Shown: positions 7,484-15,635, counted from the stretch's first letter. The stretch: DNA of 64,000 nucleotides from a virus (IMGVR_UViG_3300014732_000001:26461-90460); one strand, 5' to 3'. The notes: generated by a model not told the origin, from the sequence alone. Translations and numbers: made by a program.

Positions 7484-7735
7484 ATGCTAGGTTACAACCA
7501 ACACTTATCAGCAGCTTGGAACGTATACAAAAATCTACAATACGTTTCTAAAGCCATCAACGCTTATGACCTTGGCTATTGGCGAGCATGGGCTACAGCT
7601 CAGCTTTCTTATGACGCCAGAGACATGTTCAAAGATGAAGAAAAAGCTAAGAAAGCTGTTGACAAGGGCTTAATCCTGATTCAGAATATCTCAACTGCCC
7701 GAGAAAAGCAGCTTAAACAGACGAAAATGTGTTGA
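7484..7735 (+). CDS. hypothetical early protein
   Basis: 83 aa ORF, GGAG RBS. Confidence 0.7.
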   Translation: MLGYNQHLSAAWNVYKNLQYVSKAINAYDLGYWRAWATAQLSYDARDMFKDEEKAKKAVDKGLILIQNISTAREKQLKQTKMC

Positions 7736-7746
7736 GGAGAAACAAG

Positions 7747-7971
7747 ATGAAAATTGAAAAGAAAGAAGCAGCTTTTGAACCTGTAACAATCACGCTGCAA
7801 TCACAAGACGAACTCGACTTGTTTTATCAAGTATTTCGTCAACTGGGTGGTGGCATCCCGGCAAGTTTGTGGGGCACTGCATCTCACGCAGCCGCTAAGC
7901 TTCGTGAGCAAGGTGCAGAGGTTCGGGACGATTGGGATTTGACTGGCGACATCTACATTCGAGAACTGTAA
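7747..7971 (+). CDS. hypothetical early protein (start MKIEKK)
   Basis: GAGGAG RBS; FEPVTITLQSQDEL resembles a common small phage family (recall). Confidence 0.7.
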   Translation: MKIEKKEAAFEPVTITLQSQDELDLFYQVFRQLGGGIPASLWGTASHAAAKLREQGAEVRDDWDLTGDIYIREL

Positions 7972-8010
7972 GCACAACACACAACAAAGAGCTTTTAAGG
8001 AATTATAGAA

Positions 8011-8136
8011 ATGAAAATCCGTATGAATGCACAAGAGCAACACAACGAATACAGCAAGCAAAAAGAGCGCAAAGCCCATAAAGAGCTGCGTAATCTGCGC
8101 AAGAATCGTAATAACCGCTGGCAATCGGCCGATTAG
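8011..8136 (+). CDS. small basic protein, 41 aa (not in ORF track)
   Basis: MKIRMNAQEQHNEYSKQKERKAHKELRNLRKNRNNRWQSAD; AAGGA RBS. Confidence 0.6.
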   Translation: MKIRMNAQEQHNEYSKQKERKAHKELRNLRKNRNNRWQSAD

Positions 8137-8151
8137 TTAGGGAGAAGGATA

Positions 8152-8406
8152 ATGCGTTCAATTGACGTGCGTAGCACTAAAGAAGAAGTGGTAACTATAA
8201 TCAAGTTTGCAGATGGTGAAGACTATGAGTCCGTGGTGGAGCTACAGCTCATCCCTGAAAACGAGTGTGTTTACCTAAACTCCTCTGGGGAGGCCCGTCA
8301 ACGTGACGGGGATTGCACGAACGTTATCTTGGATTCTAAAGAGGATGCACAAAACCTAATCAAAGCCCTGCAGAAAGCTATTGAGCTTGGTTGGTGGGAT
8401 CGTTGA
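8152..8406 (+). CDS. hypothetical early protein
   Basis: 84 aa ORF with RBS. Confidence 0.7.
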   Translation: MRSIDVRSTKEEVVTIIKFADGEDYESVVELQLIPENECVYLNSSGEARQRDGDCTNVILDSKEDAQNLIKALQKAIELGWWDR

Positions 8407-8442
8407 TCGGGCAGTATTCTAAATAATTAAGGGGAAATAAAT

Positions 8443-8856
8443 ATGTCTTTGGCTCTTATCGTATATCTGGTGTTCACTGCCCTACCTGCAATTTCTAAAC
8501 TAACGTTTATTGCATTTCTGGCTTGGCTGGTTATTACACTGATTGCACTTTTCATTGGCGGCATGATGCGTGATGTTTACAGTAACCGAGAGACTTGGGA
8601 TTGGGCTGTAAATGTAGCAGTGAAAAAGTGGGCTAAGGTGGCTATTGCTTGTTTGGTAGTGGCAAGTTTTGTACCAACAAAAGAAGTGACAGCCTATATG
8701 CTCGGGGCTTATGGTGTTCAAACGATTGCAGAGAATGAGAAAGTGCAAGAGCTTGGAGCGGAAGGCTTGGATATTCTGCAAAGCCTGATGAAGAAAGCTA
8801 AAGCTGAGATTGAGGAAGTCGATCCATCAGCAACACCGACAGAAAAAGCTAATTAA
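8443..8856 (+). CDS. membrane protein
   Basis: two to three hydrophobic helices; PTKE..AYM motif typical of a phage membrane family (recall). Confidence 0.8.
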   Translation: MSLALIVYLVFTALPAISKLTFIAFLAWLVITLIALFIGGMMRDVYSNRETWDWAVNVAVKKWAKVAIACLVVASFVPTKEVTAYMLGAYGVQTIAENEKVQELGAEGLDILQSLMKKAKAEIEEVDPSATPTEKAN

Positions 8857-8884
8857 AAACACAGCACCAATAGATTCTTTTCAT

Positions 8885-8919
8885 AAGCTCCTTGGTTGAC
8901 TCCTAGGGGCTTTTCTTTT
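8885..8919 (+). terminator. intrinsic terminator
   Basis: AAGCTCCTTGG/CCTAGGGGCTT stem followed by T tract. Confidence 0.65.
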
Positions 8920-8963
8920 ATTCTTCTCTTAACAAATCAATTTAGCTGTAAGAGGAAAAGAAA

Positions 8964-9710
8964 ATGATCAGCATCCCAAGGGGTTACGGGTTCAGGTCTG
9001 GCGTTGGTGCTACGTGTGAAGATGGGACACAAGAAGATTGGACGGGCATCTCACCTAACGGGAGACAGTATCGTTCTGCTATCACTGGTCAGATAAATGA
9101 CTTACAAGGGTCAGACTATTGGGCTATGCGTAAAGAATTGCCGAACAAGCTTTCTGTAGCAGGTGAGCTTCCTACCGATAACGTCTGGACAGCAGATGGT
9201 AAAGCTAATATTAAAGCTTTTAGTGATGAAGCTTTGGGTCTTACTCAAAAGAAAACGCCAGCTAAGAAAACAACTCCTATTGCACATCAAATTGTTCCAC
9301 AAGAGAAAACATTGGATCGTCTGGACAAACAAGAGGCTGAGCTTTACAAAGCTTTTGAGAATGAAGAGATAAGCGAGGAAGAATTTAAACAACTCATCTT
9401 TGCTTTGGAGCAAAAGAGGTATAGAGCGTGGAAATCTCGTTGTAAAGCTCTCGGGGTTGATCCTGACGCAGAAGAAGAAGACGAAGAAATGCTGCCAGAG
9501 TGGCAAGACAGGGCAGAGATAGTAGGGAAAAACAGAGAAGAAAAGCGCGAATGGTGGGAATGTGGAAACGTTTTCATCCTTACACACAAGAAGCTAAAAG
9601 ACGCAGTAAAATCAGCACTAAATAAGAAATTGTCTGTTGACAAAGAAAAGCTTAGCCCCTACATTGGGGGCGTTGTCCTAAGCTTTATAACGTTTGTAAT
9701 TTTGTTTTGA
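8964..9710 (+). CDS. hypothetical protein with C-terminal membrane anchor
   Basis: 248 aa; charged helical middle; hydrophobic C-terminus IGGVVLSFITFVILF. Confidence 0.8.
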   Translation: MISIPRGYGFRSGVGATCEDGTQEDWTGISPNGRQYRSAITGQINDLQGSDYWAMRKELPNKLSVAGELPTDNVWTADGKANIKAFSDEALGLTQKKTPAKKTTPIAHQIVPQEKTLDRLDKQEAELYKAFENEEISEEEFKQLIFALEQKRYRAWKSRCKALGVDPDAEEEDEEMLPEWQDRAEIVGKNREEKREWWECGNVFILTHKKLKDAVKSALNKKLSVDKEKLSPYIGGVVLSFITFVILF

Positions 9711-9722
9711 GGAGAGTACATA

Positions 9723-9938
9723 ATGAAGTCTACATGGCACATCCTGCATATCCTGATGATCTTCCTAACGGGTGGATTGTGGATCATCATCTACATTTGG
9801 CGCCTATTGGCTAATGCTCATAGCAATAGGCAGCTTGAATATGCACAACAGCAACGCCAGCTAGAAGCTATGGAGCGCTTAGTGGCACATACAGAGGCTG
9901 CCGATAAGCTTAAGCTATTGAAGGGCCAAGACCAATAG
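9723..9938 (+). CDS. small membrane protein
   Basis: HILHILMIFLTGGLWIIIYIW transmembrane segment. Confidence 0.75.
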   Translation: MKSTWHILHILMIFLTGGLWIIIYIWRLLANAHSNRQLEYAQQQRQLEAMERLVAHTEAADKLKLLKGQDQ

Positions 9939-9970
9939 AATCTTTTGTCTAATTTCCTTGAAGAAACATC

Positions 9971-9999
9971 TTGACGACATAGGTGTATTGGGTCAGAAT
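9971..9999 (+). promoter_or_regulatory. sigma70-type early promoter
   Basis: TTGACG-17-CAGAAT, then AGCTCCAAC. Confidence 0.6.
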
Positions 10000-10037
10000 A
10001 GCTCCAACAGAAACGAAAACCTATAAAGGAAACACAC

Positions 10038-10289
10038 ATGAAATTCGCCGGAACTGAAATCACACAAGAAAGCATTCTGAAAGCCCGTGAGTGGTTCGCT
10101 GATAACTGTGATGCCTGCATTGCGGAAGCTGCTAGTGGTGCTGTTTTTGTAAACGACCTCCAGTCTTATATCATATGGCGAGAAAAAGAGAAATCGGAAG
10201 TGCTGGCAGGAAAGCATGACCACACGTTCACCTTCATGCAAAAGGCCCACTACATTCAAACAGGCGAGTCTGTTGCACTACTTCCATAA
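10038..10289 (+). CDS. hypothetical early protein
   Basis: 83 aa ORF, AAGGA RBS, downstream of promoter. Confidence 0.8.
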   Translation: MKFAGTEITQESILKAREWFADNCDACIAEAASGAVFVNDLQSYIIWREKEKSEVLAGKHDHTFTFMQKAHYIQTGESVALLP

Positions 10290-10306
10290 TTATGGAATAT
10301 TAGATC

Positions 10307-10462
10307 ATGAAAAAGCCACTATCTTTCCGCCAACGTCTAATGCTTTCTGTAAACAAAGCGGCTACAATGGAAACACAGACAAGCTTTCCTTATGGGATGG
10401 CAGCATATGTAAAGGCTGCTGCAATTACACAAAACAAGCGCCTTTCTTACGATTGGCGGTAG
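10307..10462 (+). CDS. hypothetical protein, 51 aa (not in ORF track)
   Basis: MKKPLSFRQRLMLSVNKAA...; fills the gap. Confidence 0.5.
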   Translation: MKKPLSFRQRLMLSVNKAATMETQTSFPYGMAAYVKAAAITQNKRLSYDWR

Positions 10463-10502
10463 TCAGGTAAACTGACCGGTAAACTGACAAAGGAGAATTA
10501 AC

Positions 10503-10628
10503 ATGGGCTTTCTAATGCTTGGGTGGGCTGTTATGCAACATCCTGTATTGGCTTTGGTTCCTTTGCTTCTTGTAGCTTGGAGCCTTGCTGTAATCGAAAC
10601 ACAAAACGAAGAATATGGGATTGTTTGA
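10503..10628 (+). CDS. small membrane peptide, 41 aa (not in ORF track)
   Basis: AAGGAG RBS; hydrophobic MGFLMLGWAVMQHPVLALVPLLLVAWSLAV. Confidence 0.55.
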   Translation: MGFLMLGWAVMQHPVLALVPLLLVAWSLAVIETQNEEYGIV

Positions 10629-10630
10629 TA

Positions 10631-10819
10631 ATGATTCTCTATGCTCTTGTGGTGAGTGTATGCCTGTCTAATGGGCAATGCCACGAACTCAGTCCCGAGA
10701 TTTATGAAGATATGACAGCTTGCATTATTGAAGCTTCACACCAACGAGCACAAGGAATGCACAGTTATTGCGATGAAATGAAAGAGGAATCATTAGAAGA
10801 AGCTATCGCAAAGCATTGA
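10631..10819 (+). CDS. small exported Cys-containing protein (YebW/DUF1482-like, from recall)
   Basis: MILYALVVSVCLSNGQC...C...C pattern; true start at 10631. Confidence 0.6.
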   Translation: MILYALVVSVCLSNGQCHELSPEIYEDMTACIIEASHQRAQGMHSYCDEMKEESLEEAIAKH

Positions 10820-10838
10820 AGCTATAGGAACAATCAAT

Positions 10839-10866
10839 TTGTAAAGGTTTTAGATTTCAGTATACT
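10839..10866 (+). promoter_or_regulatory. sigma70-type early promoter
   Basis: TTGTAA-16-TATACT, then GAGCACAAC. Confidence 0.6.
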
Positions 10867-10900
10867 GAGCACAACAGAAACAAACACGGAGCAACACGAA

Positions 10901-11056
10901 ATGACCTATCAAGAAGCTTGCAAAGCAGCTAAAGCAAATAAAGGCATCTTTTACACATACGATGCAGGAAATGACAAGATTGGCGGAGTCTACTGGTGCA
11001 ATCAACGTGCTCGACTCATCAAACAATGGTCTAATGATGGCAAGGTGTGGTACTGA
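10901..11056 (+). CDS. hypothetical protein, 51 aa (not in ORF track)
   Basis: MTYQEACKAAKANKGIFYTYDAG...; GGAG RBS, first gene after promoter. Confidence 0.65.
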   Translation: MTYQEACKAAKANKGIFYTYDAGNDKIGGVYWCNQRARLIKQWSNDGKVWY

Positions 11057-11057
11057 T

Positions 11058-11252
11058 ATGGACAGGACGCTTTGCCATCACTGGAACCCCGTAGAATCTT
11101 GTGCTAAGTGTGAACAGGAGCCGACGATTTTTGAAGACTTGTTAGAACTTCTAGAGCAATATGGGTGGACCAGCTACGAACAGACGTCAAAAGAGCTAAT
11201 CGGTGAGCTGGAGCAAAGAATCTTAGACAGAAACAAGAATCGAGGCGGGTAG
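11058..11252 (+). CDS. hypothetical protein (start MDRTLC)
   Basis: ATG 1 nt after the upstream stop; Cys/His-rich N-terminus. Confidence 0.6.
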   Translation: MDRTLCHHWNPVESCAKCEQEPTIFEDLLELLEQYGWTSYEQTSKELIGELEQRILDRNKNRGG

Positions 11253-11254
11253 TT

Positions 11255-11422
11255 ATGAAAGAGTCTAGGTGGTATAAGATCGAAAACGGTCAAGCATTCA
11301 TTTTTGATAGTGGTTATGAGAACATGAGTGAAACTGTGAGCATTGTTCACGTTAGTGATTTGTCATACTACAGACAAAATTTTAAACTCCGTAAGTCATG
11401 GGGAATTTATCAGAAAGGGTGA
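11255..11422 (+). CDS. hypothetical protein, 55 aa (not in ORF track)
   Basis: MKESRWYKIENGQAFIFDSG...; GAGG RBS. Confidence 0.55.
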   Translation: MKESRWYKIENGQAFIFDSGYENMSETVSIVHVSDLSYYRQNFKLRKSWGIYQKG

Positions 11423-11470
11423 GACGATTAAACGATATTAAAAGTGTATCAATAAATCAGAAAACTTGTC

Positions 11471-11506
11471 AAAACTACCCAGCACAATCTGGGTAGTTTT
11501 GTTTTT
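11471..11506 (+). terminator. intrinsic terminator
   Basis: AAAACTACCCAG/CTGGGTAGTTTT perfect 12-bp stem plus T tract. Confidence 0.75.
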
Positions 11507-11535
11507 ATTGATTGAAATTATATAAGGAGAGTATT

Positions 11536-12096
11536 ATGGAGATAATATCAAGAAAAGAAGCAAAATCTAGAGGTCTTTCTCTTTATTATACGGGAGAGAC
11601 TTGTAAGCACGGTCACATAGATCAGAGAAGAGTCGATAGCTGCGCATGCTTAACGTGCCTCAAGTTGAAGAGGGAGGAATACTTTCCTCAGTACTATGAG
11701 GACAACAAAGAAAAGTTACAACAAGCGAACCGAGACCGCTACAGAGAAAATTCAGAATACCATCATAATTATAGGAAAGACAACATGGAGAGGTATAAAG
11801 AGTATCGGAGAGCATACGCTAAAGAAAACCCGGACATTTTTCGGGCGGCAAATCATAAAAGAAGAGCACTGATAAAACAGGCCGAAGGGAGTTTCACGAA
11901 AGCGGACATAGATAGAATGAAAGAAATACAAAACAACCTTTGTAATATGTGTTCAATTGATTTATTGACAACAGGGTATCATATAGACCACATCGTACCA
12001 CTAAGTCGTTGCGGTAATAACTGGCCCGAGAATTTGCAATTATTGTGCCCTACTTGCAATTTACGTAAAGGTACAAAGCTACCAGAAGAGCTATAG
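11536..12096 (+). mobile_element. HNH endonuclease (McrA-like HNH), putative homing endonuclease
   Basis: C..C...HIDHIVPLSRCGNNWPENLQLLCPTCNLRKG; N-terminal YYTGETCKHGH; AAGGAG RBS before 11536. Confidence 0.85.
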
Positions 12097-12137
12097 ATAA
12101 AATCTATTAAAATTGGGTTTAAAAAAGAAACAATCAA

Positions 12138-12166
12138 TTAGCCATCAAAGCTGTATGTTGTAGAAT
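12138..12166 (+). promoter_or_regulatory. sigma70-type early promoter
   Basis: TTAGCC-17-TAGAAT, then GAACACAAC. Confidence 0.55.
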
Positions 12167-12201
12167 GAACACAACAAACAGCAAAAACCGAGGGTTTAAA
12201 C

Positions 12202-12396
12202 ATGCTTACTTCAGAACAAATGCTCAGCGTGAATAAGTGGTGGTTACTTGAATACCGAGACTTCGCAGGGGTGTGGGTTGTCTTTGACAGGGAAGGGGAT
12301 GTTCTCCGGCTTGTTGAGGCAAACTCAGAATATCCTGACAACACGTGGGCTTATGTAGATGATGAAAAACTGTCCGTTTATCAAATAAAAGCTTGA
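12202..12396 (+). CDS. hypothetical early protein
   Basis: 64 aa ORF after promoter, GAGG RBS. Confidence 0.7.
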   Translation: MLTSEQMLSVNKWWLLEYRDFAGVWVVFDREGDVLRLVEANSEYPDNTWAYVDDEKLSVYQIKA

Positions 12397-12420
12397 CTAC
12401 CTAATTCGATCTGATAGAAT
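12393..12420 (+). promoter_or_regulatory. sigma70-type early promoter
   Basis: TTGACT-16-TAGAAT, then GAACACAAC. Confidence 0.7.
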
Positions 12421-12472
12421 GAACACAACAGAGAAGGCATAGGGTCTTCTAGCTAGAACAGGAATCGCAGAC

Positions 12473-12712
12473 ATGACCACTAAATCCTACAACGGCCACA
12501 AGAACCACGCTCAATGGAATCAATCGCTTTGGCTTAACAACGATTACGGCCTGTATCAGATGATGCTGGAGCATGTAAATAATTGCTCCGGCACAAAGGA
12601 CAAAGCCGCCCAGAATGTTCTTGACGAGTTGCACAGCATGGATATCACTCACACGCCCGATGGCGTGAAGTGGTCCAAGGCCGGAATCCGTGCTGCAATG
12701 GTTGGGCTGTGA
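12473..12712 (+). CDS. conserved-type small phage protein (YNG..N...WN..LW..ND..LY)
   Basis: YNGHKNHAQWNQSLWLNNDYGLY resembles a widespread early phage family (recall). Confidence 0.8.
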   Translation: MTTKSYNGHKNHAQWNQSLWLNNDYGLYQMMLEHVNNCSGTKDKAAQNVLDELHSMDITHTPDGVKWSKAGIRAAMVGL

Positions 12713-12713
12713 T

Positions 12714-12947
12714 ATGAACAATTTTACGAAATTCTATGACCCAGAAAACCAAACACACGAAGAAAACACGAACAGGCTTTACTCTACTTATTTAGAACTC
12801 TACCCTTGGCACGGGACAGAGGAGGCTAAGTCTTATGATTACCCGAGCTTTCACGATGCTGTTTCAGAGTGGGCTGACGATGACTTCTACATTCAGCACT
12901 TAACAGCAAAAGTTTTTCTAGATATGGAGCGGTGGGTGAATGACTAA
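12714..12947 (+). CDS. hypothetical early protein (start MNNFT)
   Basis: ATG 1 nt after the upstream stop; acidic and aromatic. Confidence 0.7.
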   Translation: MNNFTKFYDPENQTHEENTNRLYSTYLELYPWHGTEEAKSYDYPSFHDAVSEWADDDFYIQHLTAKVFLDMERWVND

Positions 12948-13092
12948 CTGGACCCCCAACAGCACACAAATGGCAGCTATGGAAGCTTTCGCAAGCTGTC
13001 TAGGCTTCCTGATGGGGCTTGCTGGTGGACTCACAGCCCTTACAGTCTTCTGCATGATCCTTGGAAAAATAAGTGAAATTCTTTTGAAATAG
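12940..13092 (+). CDS. small membrane peptide, 50 aa (not in ORF track)
   Basis: hydrophobic CLGFLMGLAGGLTALTVFCMILG. Confidence 0.55.
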   Translation: MTNWTPNSTQMAAMEAFASCLGFLMGLAGGLTALTVFCMILGKISEILLK

Positions 13093-13095
13093 GGG

Positions 13096-13124
13096 TTGAC
13101 GTGCTGGTCTAGCGGGTCTAAGAT
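13096..13124 (+). promoter_or_regulatory. sigma70-type early promoter
   Basis: TTGACG-17-TAAGAT, then TACACACAAC. Confidence 0.7.
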
Positions 13125-13171
13125 TACACACAACAGCAAATGAAAAGCCCCTTGGGGCTAAGGAAGACACC

Positions 13172-13384
13172 ATGAAAGCCATGTTCGATAGCGTCCAAGA
13201 CCTCGCCAAGTTCTACAATGCCCGCGCTGGTGTAGAGTGGACCTCCGATCCCTATGAATGGATTGGAAGCATCTGTGTAGACTTCAAGCTAGACATCCTC
13301 ACAGCCGAAGAAGTAGAAGAAAAGATTCGCAAAGCAGGCGGCGTGATGGTGTTCGACTATGACGAGCACGGAAATCAGATTTAA
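13172..13384 (+). CDS. hypothetical early protein
   Basis: 70 aa ORF between promoter and terminator. Confidence 0.75.
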   Translation: MKAMFDSVQDLAKFYNARAGVEWTSDPYEWIGSICVDFKLDILTAEEVEEKIRKAGGVMVFDYDEHGNQI

Positions 13385-13394
13385 CAAATAACAA

Positions 13395-13425
13395 AAAGCC
13401 CTGCTGGTTGGTGGGGCTTTCTTAT
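13395..13425 (+). terminator. intrinsic terminator
   Basis: AAAGCCC/GGGCTTT stem followed by CTTATT. Confidence 0.6.
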
Positions 13426-13440
13426 TGGGTGGATTATAAG

Positions 13441-13584
13441 ATGGTCGTTTATCTTCTATTTGTTCGCGGTACGCTTTACGGGGTGTTTAAGACAGCCGAT
13501 GCTGCATACGAATATGTTGGCAACATGGAAGACGAAGAAGACAAGCGAGATGCATGGATCGTACCCGAGGGTGTCAGGGGATGA
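13441..13584 (+). CDS. hypothetical protein, 47 aa (not in ORF track)
   Basis: MVVYLLFVRGTLYGVFKTADAAYEY...; ATGA coupling to the next gene. Confidence 0.55.
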   Translation: MVVYLLFVRGTLYGVFKTADAAYEYVGNMEDEEDKRDAWIVPEGVRG

Positions 13585-13787
13585 CATGGCAGAAAACAAA
13601 CCTCCACACATGGACACACGGTCGAGGTTGGAAGATTAGCAGACACTGGACGTTGACAAAGCCGAAGATTGTCTACTTCCTTACCTACGCCTCACAGGAC
13701 GACTACTGGCAAGGAATCAACATGGGCAGCTTTAGCAGCCTAAAGGAAGCTAAAAATTCTTTTGAAAATCTTCTAGAAAAGGCTTGA
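13581..13787 (+). CDS. hypothetical Trp-rich early protein (start MTWQK)
   Basis: ATGA overlap; ends G.FSSLKEAK. Confidence 0.65.
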   Translation: MTWQKTNLHTWTHGRGWKISRHWTLTKPKIVYFLTYASQDDYWQGINMGSFSSLKEAKNSFENLLEKA

Positions 13788-13812
13788 CTACAGGCCGCCA
13801 AACCCATACACT
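13784..13812 (+). promoter_or_regulatory. sigma70-type early promoter
   Basis: TTGACT-17-TACACT, then GACCACAAG. Confidence 0.7.
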
Positions 13813-13881
13813 GACCACAAGCCAGCACAGGATGCAAGCTTTTTCTTTCTAAAATTTCTCAATTTATTTTCACTTTCCCTG

Positions 13882-13909
13882 TTGACTCCCTTTCTCAAAA
13901 TGCTAATAT
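13882..13909 (+). promoter_or_regulatory. sigma70-type early promoter (tandem with 13784)
   Basis: TTGACT-16-TAATAT, then ATCTCCAAC; AT-rich UP-like sequence upstream. Confidence 0.65.
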
Positions 13910-13963
13910 ATCTCCAACGAAGCGAAACAAGCTTCCAACCAAAGACAGACAGGAATCAGAGCC

Positions 13964-14323
13964 ATGAAAACTACCAGTCAATTCACCATCAACGGCTCCA
14001 CTCAAATCGTTAAGCTGACTGAGAAAGCTAAAGGGATTAAAGCTTTCAGCATCAAGGGTAATCGTTGGTTCCAGAAGTCCTATGGTAACACCTATCACGT
14101 CGCCTACATCGGTGCAATGATTAACGGCAAGTGGGTGGAGCTAGGAGCTACTGATATGCAATACGGCTACGGCGACCACTTCCTTGTAAGCGCTGGAGCT
14201 TGGCTCATCGAGAACGGCTTTGTAGAGTGTGAAAACGAGTATTTCCTTTCCGACTACAACGTCCGGGAAGACTTTGCAATCGAGTATTATTCTCAGGATG
14301 TCACCCGCAAGCGTGACCTGTAA
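13964..14323 (+). CDS. hypothetical early protein
   Basis: 119 aa ORF, AGGA RBS; codon usage typical of highly expressed genes. Confidence 0.8.
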   Translation: MKTTSQFTINGSTQIVKLTEKAKGIKAFSIKGNRWFQKSYGNTYHVAYIGAMINGKWVELGATDMQYGYGDHFLVSAGAWLIENGFVECENEYFLSDYNVREDFAIEYYSQDVTRKRDL

Positions 14324-14340
14324 CAGCAAATAATCTCCTA

Positions 14341-14376
14341 AAAGCCCTTGACAGCATACGTTGAGGGCTTTATTAT
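14341..14376 (+). promoter_or_regulatory. promoter overlapping a terminator-like hairpin
   Basis: TTGACA(14348)-17-TATTAT inside AAAGCCCT/AGGGCTTT inverted repeat. Confidence 0.7.
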
Positions 14377-14406
14377 TTGCACATCAACCAAGCAACGGAT
14401 CACATC

Positions 14407-14646
14407 ATGTACACAACAGAACACTACGTCGCCCTGGTGACCAATCTTTCTAACGAACGTCAGCGCCTTGAGCAGTCAGCATCAGAATCCGAATATGCTT
14501 TGCGTTCTGTATGGGTGAAGCAACTGGAAAGAGAAGTAGAAGCCGAAGTGGAGTTTCTGTCTAGCAAAGGTGTGAACGTCTACGCTGAAACGACTGAAGT
14601 AGACAGCATGTCGGACGATGACCTTCTAAACGAACTGATGAGCTAA
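14407..14646 (+). CDS. hypothetical helical early protein (start MYTTE)
   Basis: H.VAL...LSNERQRL...R.VWV.QLE.E...E..FL resembles a common phage family (recall). Confidence 0.75.
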   Translation: MYTTEHYVALVTNLSNERQRLEQSASESEYALRSVWVKQLEREVEAEVEFLSSKGVNVYAETTEVDSMSDDDLLNELMS

Positions 14647-14650
14647 GAGC

Positions 14651-14827
14651 ATGAACGTTAACGAACTGGCAGTGAACAAGCGTACAGCTCTTCGCATGTT
14701 CTGGGATGCTGGACACACAACAGAGCAGCAATTGATTGCAGCCAGTAATAAGCTGGAGAGCATGAAACAACCATCTAAAGGCTATTGGTATGCGTCTGAC
14801 GTTTCTAGAGCTATCGGAAAAGTATAA
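14651..14827 (+). CDS. hypothetical protein, 58 aa (not in ORF track)
   Basis: MNVNELAVNKRTALRMFWDAG... Confidence 0.55.
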   Translation: MNVNELAVNKRTALRMFWDAGHTTEQQLIAASNKLESMKQPSKGYWYASDVSRAIGKV

Positions 14828-14896
14828 GGAACGCTATCAGGCAATTAGACGTAATAGAAACAATACATCACACACAAGAAAGGATAAGGAAACACA

Positions 14897-15004
14897 ATGT
14901 CCATCGAATCCCTGGCTATGCAAGCATTAGCCATCGTCGCAAGCATTCTCCTGGCTTGCTCAGTCATCGAAAATAAATTCAAAAAGAATGCAAAAGATGG
15001 TTGA
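14897..15004 (+). CDS. small membrane peptide, 35 aa (not in ORF track)
   Basis: AAGGA RBS; hydrophobic core then basic tail. Confidence 0.45.
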   Translation: MSIESLAMQALAIVASILLACSVIENKFKKNAKDG

Positions 15005-15029
15005 CGTGCCAGGAAGAAACCACTAATCT
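15001..15029 (+). promoter_or_regulatory. sigma70-type early promoter
   Basis: TTGACG-17-TAATCT, then ACACACATC. Confidence 0.7.
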
Positions 15030-15093
15030 ACACACATCGGAGGCAATCAAGCCCCACCTGAGCAGACCAGGGCACAGTCTGAAGGAGCTTCAC

Positions 15094-15312
15094 ATGAAAC
15101 AATTCAACCTCACTTCTGTTTCCGATGCTGCTATCCGTGCTGCCGTGGCACAGGCTAAAGCCCATCACAAAGCCACGGCAGCACGTCCAGGTGATGAAGG
15201 CAGGTCTGTGCTACTTCGTACAGAAAGAGAATCGCTTGCATGGCATGTCTCTCGGAGACGCCATAAAGGCCACCTTCGCATAAGAGCGAAGGAAACAACA
15301 AAGCCCCAATGA
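15094..15312 (+). CDS. small basic early protein (start MKQFN)
   Basis: AAGGAG RBS before 15094; His/Arg-rich. Confidence 0.7.
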   Translation: MKQFNLTSVSDAAIRAAVAQAKAHHKATAARPGDEGRSVLLRTERESLAWHVSRRRHKGHLRIRAKETTKPQ

Positions 15313-15326
15313 AGGGGCTTTTCTTT
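15301..15326 (+). terminator. intrinsic terminator
   Basis: AAGCCCC/GGGGCTT plus TTCTTT. Confidence 0.7.
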
Positions 15327-15349
15327 GCCCAGGTTTTGACAAAAGTTGC

Positions 15350-15378
15350 TTGACGTGATGTTGGGATGCGCTTAGAAT
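15350..15378 (+). promoter_or_regulatory. sigma70-type early promoter
   Basis: TTGACG-17-TAGAAT, then GAACCCATC. Confidence 0.7.
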
Positions 15379-15421
15379 GAACCCATCAAGAGCAGAAACA
15401 CCAACCAAAGGAAACACAGTA

Positions 15422-15628
15422 ATGAAAAAGCTTTTCGTATCTATCGTCGGAACACGTGACTGGCAGACCAAGCACAAGTCTTTTGACACAATCTCTGACT
15501 TCGAAGACTATTGCGAATTGTACAACCCCAACAAGAAAGCTTTGATTGAGAACTATGGAACGCTTAAAGAGCTTTGCGAAGGTATGTCGGACGGCCTTGT
15601 GACTTTTCACTATGCTTGGCAAAAGTAA
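15422..15628 (+). CDS. hypothetical protein, last gene of the early region (start MKKLF)
   Basis: AAGGA RBS; followed by a terminator. Confidence 0.75.
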   Translation: MKKLFVSIVGTRDWQTKHKSFDTISDFEDYCELYNPNKKALIENYGTLKELCEGMSDGLVTFHYAWQK

Positions 15629-15635
15629 TATTAAT

